Below, in pieces: positions 49,635-60,169 of a stretch of 64,000 nt of DNA. This stretch comes from an uncultured delta proteobacterium. GTDB lineage: Bacteria; Myxococcota; Myxococcia; Myxococcales; Myxococcaceae. How positions within the stretch are numbered: the first letter of the stretch is position 1; each line of letters starts with the position of its first letter. The position numbers and the translations under genes are program-made. The stretch spans positions 256,001 to 320,000 of the forward strand of contig CAWCKH010000004.1 in assembly GCA_963796055.1 (NCBI GenBank), in the 5' to 3' direction. Under the pieces are notes generated by a model. That model did no database searches, was not told where the DNA came from, and worked only from the letters and a program-made list of their open reading frames with translations.

Positions 49635-50918
49635 ATGAGCGGGGCTGCCACGCGCATGGCCATCGAGACGGTCTGGCGAATCGAGTCCGCCCGGCTGATC
49701 GGTGGTCTCGTGCGCGTGGTTCACGACGTCGGCCTCGCCGAGGACCTCGCGCAGGAAGCGCTGGTCACCGCCCTCGAGCGCTGGCCAGAGACAGGGATCC
49801 CCGAGAACCCCGGCGCCTGGCTCATGGCGACGGCGAGAAACCGGGGGATCGACCAGCTCCGCCGGAAACAGATGCTGGAGCGCGAGCACGCGGCGCTCGA
49901 GAGCGAGATCGGCAGCCGGCCCCCCCGCCCGCCCGATCTCGAAGCCGCGATCGACGAGGACGTCGGCGATGACGTCCTGCGGCTGATGCTCATCGCCTGC
50001 CACCCGGTCCTGTCGACCGAGGCACGGGTGGCGCTCACCCTGCGCCTCCTCGGGGGACTCACCACCGAGGAGATCGCGCGGGCCTTCCTGGTTCCGGAGC
50101 CGACGATCGCCCAGCGGATCGTCCGGGCCAAGCGAACGCTCGCCGAGGCGAAGGTCCCCTTCGAGGTCCCACGAGGCGACGACCTCTCCGGCCGCCTCTC
50201 CTCGGTCCTCGAGGCCATCTACCTGATCTTCAACGAGGGATATGCCGCTACGCGGGGGGACGACTGGACGCGCAGGGAGCTGTGTGAGGACGCGCTCCGC
50301 CTCGGCCGGATCCTCGCCGGGCTCGCCCCTGGGAATGCCGAGGTGCACGGGCTGGTGGCCTTGATGGAGCTCCAGGCCTCCCGGCTGCACGCGCGCATCG
50401 GGCCGGGCGGAGAGCCCATCCTTCTCCTCGATCAGGACCGATCTCGCTGGGACCAGCTCCTCATCCACCGCGGTCTGGCCGCCCTGGAGCGCGCCGAGGC
50501 GCTCGCGCGGCCGCTCGGCCCGTACACGCTCCAGGCCGCGATTGCCTCCTGTCACGCCAGAGCCCGGACGGCGGAGGCAACCGACTGGAAGAAGATCGTC
50601 GCCCTGTACGACGGGCTGGTCGAGATCACGCAGTCCCCGGTGGTCGAGCTCAATCGCGCGGTGGCGGTGTCGATGGTGTTCGGGCCTGCCCAGGGACTGG
50701 AGCTCGTCGACGCCCTGGTCGATGAGCCGGCCCTCCGCGGGTATCACCTCCTGCCGAGCGTCCGCGGGGACCTGCTGGAGAAGCTCGGGCGCATCGATGA
50801 AGCGCGTGCCGAGTTCGAGCGCGCGGCCTCCCTGGCGCAGAATTCACGGGAGCGAGAGCTCCTTCTCGACCGGGCACAGGCTTGCACGCGGAAGAGCCAC
50901 CGGAAATCGCTCTCGTGA
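49635..50918 (+). CDS. ECF sigma factor with C-terminal TPR extension (ECF42)
   Basis: 'AEDLAQEAL', 'ACHPVL', 'IYLIFNEGY', 'SPVVELNRAVA'. Confidence 0.93.
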   Translation: MSGAATRMAIETVWRIESARLIGGLVRVVHDVGLAEDLAQEALVTALERWPETGIPENPGAWLMATARNRGIDQLRRKQMLEREHAALESEIGSRPPRPPDLEAAIDEDVGDDVLRLMLIACHPVLSTEARVALTLRLLGGLTTEEIARAFLVPEPTIAQRIVRAKRTLAEAKVPFEVPRGDDLSGRLSSVLEAIYLIFNEGYAATRGDDWTRRELCEDALRLGRILAGLAPGNAEVHGLVALMELQASRLHARIGPGGEPILLLDQDRSRWDQLLIHRGLAALERAEALARPLGPYTLQAAIASCHARARTAEATDWKKIVALYDGLVEITQSPVVELNRAVAVSMVFGPAQGLELVDALVDEPALRGYHLLPSVRGDLLEKLGRIDEARAEFERAASLAQNSRERELLLDRAQACTRKSHRKSLS

Positions 50919-51305
50919 GCAGGGGCGGAGCGGTACTCACCGACTGCATCCTGCAGCCGCGCTGCTCATCCCTGTTCGAGGATCCGGCTCGCCCCAGCTC
51001 CGTCCCTGCGCAAGCGGCCGAGTTTACTGCCGCGACAATCGCGTCCTCATTAGTCGGGCTTCAGCGAGTGCACGACGGGCTGCGATTGTAACGCAACCGC
51101 CACCTGCAGCTCAGGCCTTGGCCCATTGAAGACCTCAGCGCCCGAGCGCGCCTGACTTTCATCGGCAGCATCAGACTCCAGGTTGGTTGCACGCACGGGC
51201 GACGAGGTGGAGCACCTTCGATCAAGTCCCAGGTCGGGCACTGGACGTTCGGCCGGCTGGTGCCCAACCTCCCTGCTCGCTAGTTGCTCGCCAGGAGGGA
51301 TCCCC

Positions 51306-52547
51306 ATGTCCTCCATCCCCACCACCGACGTCTTGCGGGACCTCGAGGCCATCTCCCGGCTCCGCGCGGTCCCGACGATTCTCCGGGTGATCAGCGAGAC
51401 CACGGGCCTGCGGTTCACGCTGGTCGCCCGCGTGACCGACGACCAGTGGGTCGTCTGTGCCTTCCACGACGAGCTCTCGTTGGGCCTCAGGCCGCGTGGG
51501 GCGCTGGCTGTCGCCACGACGCTGTGCAAGAAGGTGCGCGCGATTCAGGCCCCCGTAGCGATGGGCCACGCGAGCACCGACGTCTACTGGCCCACTCCCA
51601 GGATGTACGGGTTCGAGAGCTACATCTCGGTGCCGCTCTTCCGAACCGATGGCCGGTACTTCGGGACGGTGTGCGGACTCGACCCCAGGCCCTTGCCGGT
51701 GACTCAGCACAAGGTCACGGACATGATGCGGCACTTCTCTGAGCTCATTTCGCTTCAGCTGGCCGCCGATGCCCGGGAGCAGGCGGCCCACGCCGAGGTG
51801 GTGAAATCCGAACAGGCCGTCCGGCTCCGTGAGCAGTTCATCGCCGTTCTCAGCCATGACCTCCGCAACCCCCTCGCCTCGGTGGGAGTGACAACCGAGG
51901 CGCTGTTGCAGCGGCCGCTCAACGAGGCGGAGCGCAGGTCCCTCGAGCGCATTCGTTTCAGCGTCCAGCGGATGGCGACCATGGTCACCGACTTGCTCGA
52001 CGTCACGCGAGCGAAGCTGGGTTCGGGGCTCGGGGTGGTCATGGCCGACGCCAGCGATCTCGAGAGCACGTTCCGCCACGTGGTTTCCGAGCTGGAGCAG
52101 GCGAACCCGCAGCGGACGGTGAACGTCACCATCGGGAAGCTAGGGACGGTGCGCTGCGACAGCGAGCGTCTGGGGCAGCTGCTCTCGAATCTGCTGGCCA
52201 ACGCGCTGGTGCATGGCGCCCCGGATCGACCTGTCGATGTCCGCGCCGAGCGGTCTGCAGGACCCCGGGGAGACACACTCCTCATCGAGGTCCGGAACCA
52301 GGGCACTGCGATCCCCGCGGCGGTCCGGGAGCGCCTGTTCCAGCCCTACACCCGCGGGGGTTCCGGCTCTCCACACGGGCTAGGGCTCGGCTTGTACATC
52401 GTGAAGCAGATCTCGGACGCGCACGGTGGGTCACTGGAGGTGGAGTCGACCAACGAGGGCGGAACGTGCTTCCGGTTCCACTTGCCCGTGGTGCGCTCGA
52501 GACGCTTCGAGGCTCCGCTGCCCGAACAGCGGCTCTGGGCCGGATAG
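51306..52547 (+). CDS. GAF sensor histidine kinase
   Basis: GAF domain; 'SHDLRNPL', 'NLLANALVHG', 'GLGLGLYIV'. Confidence 0.93.
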   Translation: MSSIPTTDVLRDLEAISRLRAVPTILRVISETTGLRFTLVARVTDDQWVVCAFHDELSLGLRPRGALAVATTLCKKVRAIQAPVAMGHASTDVYWPTPRMYGFESYISVPLFRTDGRYFGTVCGLDPRPLPVTQHKVTDMMRHFSELISLQLAADAREQAAHAEVVKSEQAVRLREQFIAVLSHDLRNPLASVGVTTEALLQRPLNEAERRSLERIRFSVQRMATMVTDLLDVTRAKLGSGLGVVMADASDLESTFRHVVSELEQANPQRTVNVTIGKLGTVRCDSERLGQLLSNLLANALVHGAPDRPVDVRAERSAGPRGDTLLIEVRNQGTAIPAAVRERLFQPYTRGGSGSPHGLGLGLYIVKQISDAHGGSLEVESTNEGGTCFRFHLPVVRSRRFEAPLPEQRLWAG

Positions 52548-52611
52548 ACAGTCCGGGCGGGCGCTCGTGGAGGCGACGGGCCACGACCTGGATCCGCAGC
52601 AGGTGTCCGAC

Positions 52612-53127
52612 CTACAGCGGCTCGCGGACCACCGTCGCTGCGTCCACCTCCTCGACCGAGCTCAGCAGGTAGACGTGCCGGAAGCCCTCCTTCTGGAGGT
52701 CGCCCACCCCCTGGTGCATGTGCAGGCGCTGCGCGCGGACCACATGCGTGCCGACGTCGCGGTCGAGCCGTCCCGCGTTGCGCTCGTGGCAGATGGTCTC
52801 CGGCAGGTCGAAGACAATTGCTATCGGCAGCATGTGGTATTCGCGCGCCACCGCCACCGCCTTCTTCCGCGACTCGAGCTGCACGCTGGTCGCGTCGAGC
52901 ACCGTGAGCCGTCCCACGGCCAGCCGCTTCCGCACCACGTAGTAGAGCGCGTCGAAGGCGTCCTCGGTCGCGTTCTGGTCGTTCTCGTCGTCGGAAACGA
53001 GGCCGCGGTAGACGTCGGAGCTGAAGATCTCGGTCGGCTTGAAGTGCCTGCGGGCGAACGTGGACTTCCCGCTCCCGGAGGGGCCGATGAGAACGACGAA
53101 GGACAGCTCGGGGATCGAGAGCTTCAC
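52612..53127 (-). pseudogene. Bacterial Pnkp, N-terminal kinase module only (truncated)
   Basis: 'IPELSFVVLIGPSGSGKSTFARRHF', 'LVSDDENDQ', 'EGFRHVY...VREPL*'; no phosphatase or ligase modules follow. Confidence 0.8.
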
Positions 53128-53621
53128 CGCCGCGCCATGATGGTCACCAGGAGGATGGCGGAGCCGACGCAGCTGAGCGTCCGGACGTGGTTCCACCGGG
53201 TCCACTCCACCAGGTAACGCGACCAGAGGCCCGTCGGGCCCGAGGGGTCGGGCCCGAGCGCTGCCAGCGCGTCGTTCAGCGGCACGTTGCGGACCATCGT
53301 CACTCCGAAGCAGCCGAGCAGATAGAGGAGGCTGGCGGCGAGGAGCAAGGCCCCGTCCAGGCTCCCCCACCAGCGGAGGGACGCGAGCGCGAGCGCGAGG
53401 GACAGCAGCGCGGTGCCCAGAAAGACCAGCATGAAGCCGGGGTTGATGACCGTGACGTTGATCGCGTTCATCGCCGCGATTCCGGCCCGGGGCGGAATGC
53501 CACCCAGCGCGCGCATGACGAAGGAGGAGAAGGCGAAGAAGACGCCTCCGGCCAGTCCCGTCCCGACCGTGGCGGCACAGCAGCAGACGAGCACCATCCG
53601 TTCGAAGTTCATGCGATCCAC
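53124..53621 (-). CDS. DUF1772 / anthrone oxygenase family membrane protein
   Basis: 'GGVFFAFSSFVMRAL', 'NVPLNDAL', 'WTRWNHVR'. Confidence 0.9.
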   Translation of the reverse strand: MDRMNFERMVLVCCCAATVGTGLAGGVFFAFSSFVMRALGGIPPRAGIAAMNAINVTVINPGFMLVFLGTALLSLALALASLRWWGSLDGALLLAASLLYLLGCFGVTMVRNVPLNDALAALGPDPSGPTGLWSRYLVEWTRWNHVRTLSCVGSAILLVTIMARR

Positions 53622-53834
53622 CTCTTGCTACTCGATGCCGCCTTCCAGCTAGCGCGGCAGCGTGGTCAGCGCCAGGCCGTCCCCGAGGGGCCAGCTGGTC
53701 CTGGAAGTAGCCTTCGGCTGCAGTCAGTGTCCGTCCCTGCGTCGCTGACCCAGGCCGGAACGCGGCGGGCACCTGTCATATGCCCGCCCGCCTCGAGCGA
53801 CCAAGGCCCCGGGGACACCCCCAGGAGGCCTTCC

Positions 53835-54785
53835 ATGTGCAGACGTCTATCCGTCTTGACCGTGCTGTGCGCCGCGTGCGGCTCGGGAACCATCCCGGAG
53901 TCCGCGACGTCCGAATCGTTCCTGACCGGGCTCCCCTCTCGCCAGACTCTCGAGGTCTCGGGCCCGAGCGCACGCGCTCCCGCCGCCCTCACCGTGCGCT
54001 CGTCGGCGCTGGTGGGTGAGACTGCCGGGCTTTACGTCCTCACCCGGAAGGCGTCGGAGGACGTGAACGGGCTCGTCGGACACACGCTCGACACCCTGCA
54101 CGCCATCGCCCGGAGCCCGCCGGCCGCGGTTGGACCGGACAGCGCCGCCTGGGGCCCGATCACCGATGCGCTCTCTCCCGTCGCCGGTCGCCTGGTCATC
54201 CACCGCGTCGGTCCCGGGGCGCACCAGTTTCGTCTGGACCTGCGCCCCCGTTCCTCCCCCGACTCCGAGTTCGAGACCTTCCTCCTGGGCGCCTCGACCG
54301 GCGCCGGCCCCGGCGGCCCGGCGGAGGGCTCGTTCTCGGTGGACCTCACGCTCGCCCACCGCCTCGACCCCGTCGCCCAGCCCAGCGAGGGCCAGCTCGT
54401 CGCCGGATGGACCATTGCGCCCGAGCAACGGGCGGTGCGCGTCCACCTCGCCGACGTCCACACCGACTCGGGGCTGGCGAGCAACGGTGAGCTGGGCGCG
54501 CTGACCGGCGCCGACGGCTCGGGAGTGCTCGCCATCGACGCCCAGGGAGATCTCGACGGTGATCCAGCCACGGTCGAGACCGGAAGGGTCCGCTCGCGCT
54601 GGCTGCCGACCGGCGCAGGCCGGGCCGACGTCGAGACCCACGCCGATGCCGGCCAGGGCATGCTGGTGACCGAGTGCTGGGACGCGAGCTTCGGCCGGGT
54701 CTACGCCACCGCCAGGACTCCCGACGGGGGCATCGGCGAGGAGGGCGACGCGAGCGACTGCGTCTTCAGCGAACCGTTGCGCTAG
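53835..54785 (+). CDS. Lipoprotein of unknown function
   Basis: SD AGGAGG; lipobox 'LCAAC'; 'RSRW..TGAGRAD...ECWD'. Confidence 0.7.
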   Translation: MCRRLSVLTVLCAACGSGTIPESATSESFLTGLPSRQTLEVSGPSARAPAALTVRSSALVGETAGLYVLTRKASEDVNGLVGHTLDTLHAIARSPPAAVGPDSAAWGPITDALSPVAGRLVIHRVGPGAHQFRLDLRPRSSPDSEFETFLLGASTGAGPGGPAEGSFSVDLTLAHRLDPVAQPSEGQLVAGWTIAPEQRAVRVHLADVHTDSGLASNGELGALTGADGSGVLAIDAQGDLDGDPATVETGRVRSRWLPTGAGRADVETHADAGQGMLVTECWDASFGRVYATARTPDGGIGEEGDASDCVFSEPLR

Positions 54786-54806
54786 CGTCCGTCATGGGCC
54801 CGACGC

Positions 54807-55313
54807 GTGGCAGCGGACGACCTCGAGCAGCAGATCGCTGCGCTCCATCCGGCGACCTTCGCCTGGGCCCTGGCCTGCACCCGCTGGAACGCGACCGAGG
54901 CCGAGGAGGTCCTCCAGTCCGTGTACCTGTCCCTCCTCGAAGGCCGCGCCCGGTTCGACGGGTGCTCCACCTTCAAGACCTGGCTGTTCTCCGTGGTGCG
55001 CAACATGGCCGCCGGCGCTCGGCGGCGACGCTGGCTGGAGGCGCGGGCATCCTGGCGGATGTTCCTCGGTGGGGCGCCGGAGCCCGGGCCGCATGAGGCG
55101 GTCACCTCGGAGGAGCGTGGGGAGCGCATCCGCCGTGCGCTCGGCACCCTTCCCGCCCGCCAGCGCGAGGTGCTCGATCTGGTGTTCTTCCACGAGATGA
55201 CCATCGAGCAGGCGGCCCAGGTCATGGAGGTGTCGACGGGGACGGCGCGCACGCACTACCACCGTGGCAAGCTGCACCTCCTCGAGCTGCTCGGACCGGA
55301 GGACCCGAGATGA
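54807..55313 (+). CDS. ECF sigma-70 factor
   Basis: 'AEEVLQ', 'FKTWLF', 'LPARQREVL..VF', 'GTARTHYHRGK'. Confidence 0.9.
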   Translation: MAADDLEQQIAALHPATFAWALACTRWNATEAEEVLQSVYLSLLEGRARFDGCSTFKTWLFSVVRNMAAGARRRRWLEARASWRMFLGGAPEPGPHEAVTSEERGERIRRALGTLPARQREVLDLVFFHEMTIEQAAQVMEVSTGTARTHYHRGKLHLLELLGPEDPR

Positions 55314-55630
55314 GACCGGCAGACGACGAGGCACGCCTCCGCGCCGCCCTGGCCGAGGCTCACCGGCAGGATGTGGAGCGGACTCCCTCCTTTGCCCGGA
55401 TGTGGTCGCCGACCCGGCGCCCCCGAAGTGCGCGCAGCCGGCGTCTCGTTCTTGGCGGTCTCGTCGCGGCAGCCGCGGTCGCCATCTGGGCCGTGACCCG
55501 TCCTGCTGCCCCGCCCCCGTGGCATCCCACCGGAACGCGCTGGGTCGCGCCGACCGACTTCCTCCTCGAGACCCCCGACATGGTCACCCTTCGCACCCTC
55601 CCCACCCTGGAAAACCGAGGCCTCCCATGA
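55310..55630 (+). CDS. Putative membrane anti-sigma factor
   Basis: Coupled to the ECF gene; one TM helix; 'APTDFLL'. Confidence 0.7.
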   Translation: MRPADDEARLRAALAEAHRQDVERTPSFARMWSPTRRPRSARSRRLVLGGLVAAAAVAIWAVTRPAAPPPWHPTGTRWVAPTDFLLETPDMVTLRTLPTLENRGLP

Positions 55631-56055
55631 CCTGCCGCGCGCTCTGGATCTGCGTGACGGTGCTCGGGCTCGCCCTTCCGACGCGCGCCGAGGAGCCCCC
55701 GCCGGCCGCCGATCCCTTCGCCGGGAAGCTCTTTCCCCCCGAGCTGATCATGTCCCATCAGGCCGAGCTGGGACTCGACGACCGCCAGCGCGAGGCCATC
55801 CTCAAGGAGCTCGAGCGGGCACAATCGCAGTTCCCCCGGCTCCAGTGGCAGCTCCAGGCCGCGAGCCAGCAGCTGTCCCGCTTGCTCGACGCGCCCCAGG
55901 TCGACGAGGCGAAGGCGCTCGCGCAGGCCGCGGAGGTGATGAAGCTGGAGACGGAGATCAAGCGGACGCACCTCACCCTCCTGATCCGGATCCGGAATGC
56001 GCTGACCGAGGTCCAGCGGAGCAAGCTCCAGGCAATCCGCCGCGGCGGGCCGTAG
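55627..56055 (+). CDS. Spy/CpxP-like periplasmic protein
   Basis: Signal peptide; 'FPPELIM..ELGL', 'LTEVQ'. Confidence 0.8.
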   Translation: MTCRALWICVTVLGLALPTRAEEPPPAADPFAGKLFPPELIMSHQAELGLDDRQREAILKELERAQSQFPRLQWQLQAASQQLSRLLDAPQVDEAKALAQAAEVMKLETEIKRTHLTLLIRIRNALTEVQRSKLQAIRRGGP

Positions 56056-56235
56056 GCGCCGGGGCAGGGAGCTGTCATGAGCGAGGTCTTCGCTTCTTCC
56101 GGATGGTCGTCGAGGTCGCCTTCCTGCGCGGCGGAACCTCACCGTGCCCAGGAGTCGGCTCTATTCCCTGCATCGACTTGCCTTCTCGCCAAGACCCGGA
56201 TGAGAACGGACGCGGCCCTTTTCGCGGGAGGCGCC

Positions 56236-56727
56236 ATGAAGTTCCGGCTGAAGGTCAACGGGCAGACGCGGGAGCTCGAGGGTCCAGACGACCTTCCGCT
56301 CCTCTGGGCGCTCCGGGACGGGCTCGACCTCAAGGGGACCAAGTTCGGCTGCGGCATCGGGCAGTGCGGGGCCTGCAGCGTGCTGATCGACGGGGTCGCG
56401 CGCCGCTCCTGTGTCACCCCGGTGTCCTCGGTGGGGAAGTCGGCGATCACCACCATCGAGGGACTGTCGCGAGATGCAACCCACCCTCTCCAGCGGGCCT
56501 GGGAGGAGCTGGACGTCCCACAGTGCGGGTACTGCCAGGCCGGACAGCTGATGGCGGCGGCCGCGCTGCTGGCAGAGCACCCCAACCCGACCGATGCCCA
56601 GATCGACGAGGCCATGGCCGGCAATCTCTGCCGCTGCGCCACCTACCTCCGCATCCGGCGGGCGATTCATCGCGCTGCCGAGGTGGGCAAGACCGCCGGG
56701 GCCGGCACCACCGGGAGCGGGCGATGA
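56236..56727 (+). CDS. iorA: (2Fe-2S) subunit, isoquinoline 1-oxidoreductase alpha-like
   Basis: 'GCGIGQCGAC', 'QCGYCQ', 'NLCRC'. Confidence 0.92.
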   Translation: MKFRLKVNGQTRELEGPDDLPLLWALRDGLDLKGTKFGCGIGQCGACSVLIDGVARRSCVTPVSSVGKSAITTIEGLSRDATHPLQRAWEELDVPQCGYCQAGQLMAAAALLAEHPNPTDAQIDEAMAGNLCRCATYLRIRRAIHRAAEVGKTAGAGTTGSGR

Positions 56728-58946
56728 GCGAGCTCACTCGACGTGCCTTCCTCCGGGCCTCGGCCCTCGCCGGCGGTGGCCTCCTGCTCTCCAGCTTCTG
56801 GGATCCCCTCGAGGCAGCCGAGGCCGGGGGCAAGCCGGGGGCCGGGCCCTCTCTCAACGCCTTCATCCGCATTCACCCCGACGGAACCGTCACCATCGCC
56901 GCCAAGAATCCAGAGATCGGCCAGGGCGTGAAGACCATGCTCCCGATGCTGATCGCCGACGAGCTCGACGTGGAGTGGAAAAGGGTCCGGGTCGAACAGG
57001 TTCCGCTGGACACCACCCGCTTCAAGGACCAGTGGGCGGGCGGGAGTCAGGCGGTGCCGAAGAACTGGCTGCCCATGCGACAGGTGGGCGCGGCCACCCG
57101 CTCGATGCTGATCGTCGCCGCGGCGCAGAAGTGGAAGGTGCCCGCGGGGGAGTGCACCACCGCGAAGGGGAAGGTCCTCCACAAGAAGACCGGCCGCTCC
57201 CTCGGATACGGAGCGCTCGCCACAGCCGCCGCTGCCGTCCCGCCGCCGGATCTCGCCTCGGTCAAGCTCAAGGACCCGTCGGAGTTCACCATCATCGGCG
57301 CCCCCATCCCGGGCGTCGACAACCGGGCGATCGTGACCGGCAAGCCCATCTTCGGCGTCGACGTGACCGTGCCCGGGATGCGTCACGCGACGTTCGTGAA
57401 GTGCCCGGTGTTCGGCGGGAAGGTGAAATCCGCCAATGTCGACCAGATCCGGAAGATGCCCGGGGTGCTCAAGGCCTTCGTGGTCGAGGGCGGCACTGAC
57501 CTGGAAGGCCTCCTGGGCGGGGTGGCGATCGTCGCCGACACCTTCTGGAACGCCCAGACCGCCCGGCGTGGCCTCCGGGTGACCTGGGACGAGGGACCCA
57601 CCGCCACGCAGAGCACGGCGGCGTTCGACGCACGGGCCGCCGAGCTGGCCAAGGAGCCTCCGCAGCGCTCGCTCCGCAAGGACGGAGACGTGAAGGCCGC
57701 CCTGGCCAAGGCGCGGGTGGTCACCGCGGAGTACGCCTACCCATTCCTCGCCCACGCCCCGCTCGAGCCGCAGAACTGCACCGCTCACTTCGCGGACGGC
57801 AAGCTCACCCTGTGGGCGCCGACCCAGACTCCCGAGGACGGACGGGAGCTGGTGGCCAAGACGCTGGGCCTCAAGGAAGAGGCGATCAGCATCCACCTGA
57901 TCCGCGCCGGCGGGGGGTTCGGACGGCGCCTGTACAACGACTACCTGGTCGAGGCGGCGTGGATCGCCCGCGAGGCCGGCGTGCCGGTCAAGCTCCTCTG
58001 GACCCGGCCGGACGATTTCCAGCACGACCTGTACCGGCCGGGTGGGTACCACTTCTTCTCCGCCGGCCTGGACGCCGCTGGAACGCTCACCGCTTTCCGC
58101 GACCACTTCATCAGCTTCGGCAGGGACAAGGAGTTCGCCCCCTCCGCGGCCCTGTCCGACGCGGAATTTCCCGCCCGCTACGTTCCGGACGTCGCGCTCG
58201 ACGCCTCGCTGATGCCGCTGGGCATTCCCACCGGAGCCCTCCGCGCCCCCCGAAGCAACGCGATCTGCTTCGCCTTCCAGAGCTTCCTCGACGAGGTGGC
58301 CCACGCCGCCGGGAAAGACCCGCTCGAGTTCCGCCGGGCGCTCCTCGCCGCCGGTCCCTCGGGGCCTCCGCCCACGCCGCCGCCCGGAGCACCCGCCGGC
58401 GGCGCACCGCCGCCACCGACGATGAACCCGGCACGGATGCTCGGAGTGCTGGAACTCGCCGCAGAGAAGTCGGGCTGGGGCAAGCAGCCTCCATCCCGCG
58501 GCACCGGGATGGGCGTGGCGTTCTACTTCAGCCACCGCGGCCACTTCGCCGAAGTGGCGCAGGTATCGGTCAGCAAGAAGGGCAAGCTGCGGATCGAGAG
58601 GGTCTGGGTGGCCGGAGACATCGGCAGCACCATCATCAATCCCAGCATGGCGGAGAACCAGGTCCAGGGCGCGGTGCTGGACGGGATCTCGGAGATGCTG
58701 GGCCAGGAGATCACCTTCGACGCTGGCCGGACCGAGCAGAGCAACTTCCACGAGTACCCGATGCTGGGCATCCAGCAGGCCGTTCCGGTGGAGGTTCACT
58801 TCCGCAAGACCGACTTCCCACCCACCGGCCTCGGCGAGCCCGCGCTGCCACCGGTCATCCCGGCGGTGTGCAACGCCATCTTCGCCGCGACCGGAAAGCG
58901 GGTGCGCTCGCTGCCGCTGTCGAAGCACGATCTTTCCTGGGCCTGA
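56724..58946 (+). CDS. iorB: Molybdopterin subunit, IorB-like, Tat-exported
   Basis: 'TRRAFL' Tat motif, 'EIGQG', 'GGGFGRR', 'GLGEP'. Confidence 0.92.
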   Translation: MSELTRRAFLRASALAGGGLLLSSFWDPLEAAEAGGKPGAGPSLNAFIRIHPDGTVTIAAKNPEIGQGVKTMLPMLIADELDVEWKRVRVEQVPLDTTRFKDQWAGGSQAVPKNWLPMRQVGAATRSMLIVAAAQKWKVPAGECTTAKGKVLHKKTGRSLGYGALATAAAAVPPPDLASVKLKDPSEFTIIGAPIPGVDNRAIVTGKPIFGVDVTVPGMRHATFVKCPVFGGKVKSANVDQIRKMPGVLKAFVVEGGTDLEGLLGGVAIVADTFWNAQTARRGLRVTWDEGPTATQSTAAFDARAAELAKEPPQRSLRKDGDVKAALAKARVVTAEYAYPFLAHAPLEPQNCTAHFADGKLTLWAPTQTPEDGRELVAKTLGLKEEAISIHLIRAGGGFGRRLYNDYLVEAAWIAREAGVPVKLLWTRPDDFQHDLYRPGGYHFFSAGLDAAGTLTAFRDHFISFGRDKEFAPSAALSDAEFPARYVPDVALDASLMPLGIPTGALRAPRSNAICFAFQSFLDEVAHAAGKDPLEFRRALLAAGPSGPPPTPPPGAPAGGAPPPPTMNPARMLGVLELAAEKSGWGKQPPSRGTGMGVAFYFSHRGHFAEVAQVSVSKKGKLRIERVWVAGDIGSTIINPSMAENQVQGAVLDGISEMLGQEITFDAGRTEQSNFHEYPMLGIQQAVPVEVHFRKTDFPPTGLGEPALPPVIPAVCNAIFAATGKRVRSLPLSKHDLSWA

Positions 58947-59026
58947 GGCCAGCGGGCGTCACCACGGCTGGAAGTCTGGTACCGTCCCTCGCCGTGCTCC
59001 GGAGGGGGACAGAACGCACCCTCGAG

Positions 59027-59473
59027 GTGCCGGTCGATCCGATCCGGGAACGCCCCGGGTTCACCGCGCAGGTGGCCGACGCGATCGTCCGGCGGCTTCT
59101 CGAGTCGCCGCTGGCAGATTCGCTGATCGACCGGATCGTCCAGGCGCTGATGCGGAGTGGCGAGCTGGACCGGCTGATCACCCAGGTGGTGGCCGACCTC
59201 GAGGCGAGCCCCGTCGTGGATTCGCTCGTGGACCGGCAGGTGGCGAGGGTCCTCGACGCGGTCCGGGAGAGCGAGGCGCTGCAGCTCCTGATCCGGGAGC
59301 AGGCCGGCAAGTACCTCGAGCACCTCGGAGAGCACCCGGAGCCAGTGCAGCGACTCATCCGGGAGCAGAGTCGGGGGGTGGTCGAGGAGTTCCTGGAGGC
59401 GCTCCGCGCACGCGCGCTGGCGGGGGACGACGCCGTCGACCGCTGGGTCGGGCGCGCAACGGGCCGGACGTGA
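59027..59473 (+). CDS. Helical hypothetical protein coupled to the RDD gene
   Basis: Acidic/Leu helical repeats; GTGA overlap at 59470. Confidence 0.6.
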   Translation: MPVDPIRERPGFTAQVADAIVRRLLESPLADSLIDRIVQALMRSGELDRLITQVVADLEASPVVDSLVDRQVARVLDAVRESEALQLLIREQAGKYLEHLGEHPEPVQRLIREQSRGVVEEFLEALRARALAGDDAVDRWVGRATGRT

Positions 59474-59982
59474 CTCCGCGCTACGGCGGCGTGGTGAGCC
59501 GGGGGCTGGCTCTCCTGGCCGACACGGTGGTCCTCGCGCTGCTCCTCGCCGGAACGAGTTGGGTCGTGCCCGAGCTCGCAAGCCGTCTCTTCGGCATCCC
59601 CACCGACCCGGCGCGCTGCGGCTCCGGGACGGAGTGGTGGCGGGTGCGCGCGCATCTGTGCCACGCGCTGGGCTGGCTCACTCCCCTGGCGGCCCTCGCC
59701 TTTCCCCCGCTGTACCGGGTGGGCTTCTGGAGCGTGACCGGACGCACACCGGGGATGGCCCTCCTCGGCCTGCGGCTGCTCCGCACCGACCTTCAGCCGA
59801 TCGGCTTCTCGATCGCGATCCGTCGCTGGGCGCTGCGGGTGGGCAGCGTTCTCGCGCTGGGGCTGGGATTCCTGCCGGTCCTGTTCTCCACCCGCCGCCA
59901 GGCGTTCCATGATCGCTTCGCGGGCACGGTGGTGGTCCACGACTGGGTGACGCCGACGTGGCATCCTGGCGAGGGCCGCTGA
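59470..59982 (+). CDS. RDD family membrane protein
   Basis: 'RGLALLAD', 'GRTPG...GLR', 'FHDRFAGTVV'. Confidence 0.9.
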   Translation: MTPRYGGVVSRGLALLADTVVLALLLAGTSWVVPELASRLFGIPTDPARCGSGTEWWRVRAHLCHALGWLTPLAALAFPPLYRVGFWSVTGRTPGMALLGLRLLRTDLQPIGFSIAIRRWALRVGSVLALGLGFLPVLFSTRRQAFHDRFAGTVVVHDWVTPTWHPGEGR

Positions 59983-60157
59983 ACGCACCGGGCCACGGCC
60001 GCGCGCGGGACTTCTGCCGCGTCACCTTGTTCGCCTGCTTCCCGAGCGCCGTGCGGGTGCTCGCCGGCAGGTGCTTCAGGGTCTGCTTCCGCTTCGCCGC
60101 GGCCGCCGCCTTCTTGATGTTCCACCTCGCCGCCGACTTCTGACGCGCTGTGGCCAT
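59678..60157 (-). CDS. Small Lys/Arg/Ala-rich protein (only the first ~50 aa look real)
   Basis: MATARQKSAARWNIKKAAAAAKRKQTLKHLPASTRTALGKQANK; the tail overlaps RDD in antisense. Confidence 0.5.
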   Translation of the reverse strand: MATARQKSAARWNIKKAAAAAKRKQTLKHLPASTRTALGKQANKVTRQKSRARPWPGAFSGPRQDATSASPSRGPPPCPRSDHGTPGGGWRTGPAGIPAPARERCPPAAPSDGSRSRSRSAEGRCGAAAGRGGPSPVCVRSRSRSPPGTAGERRGPPGE

Positions 60158-60169
60158 CTCTTGCCTCGG

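Noticed and set aside
53640..53780. Possible hen1 remnant upstream of DUF1772-pnkp
   Set aside because: No convincing Hen1 motif in the frames I read.
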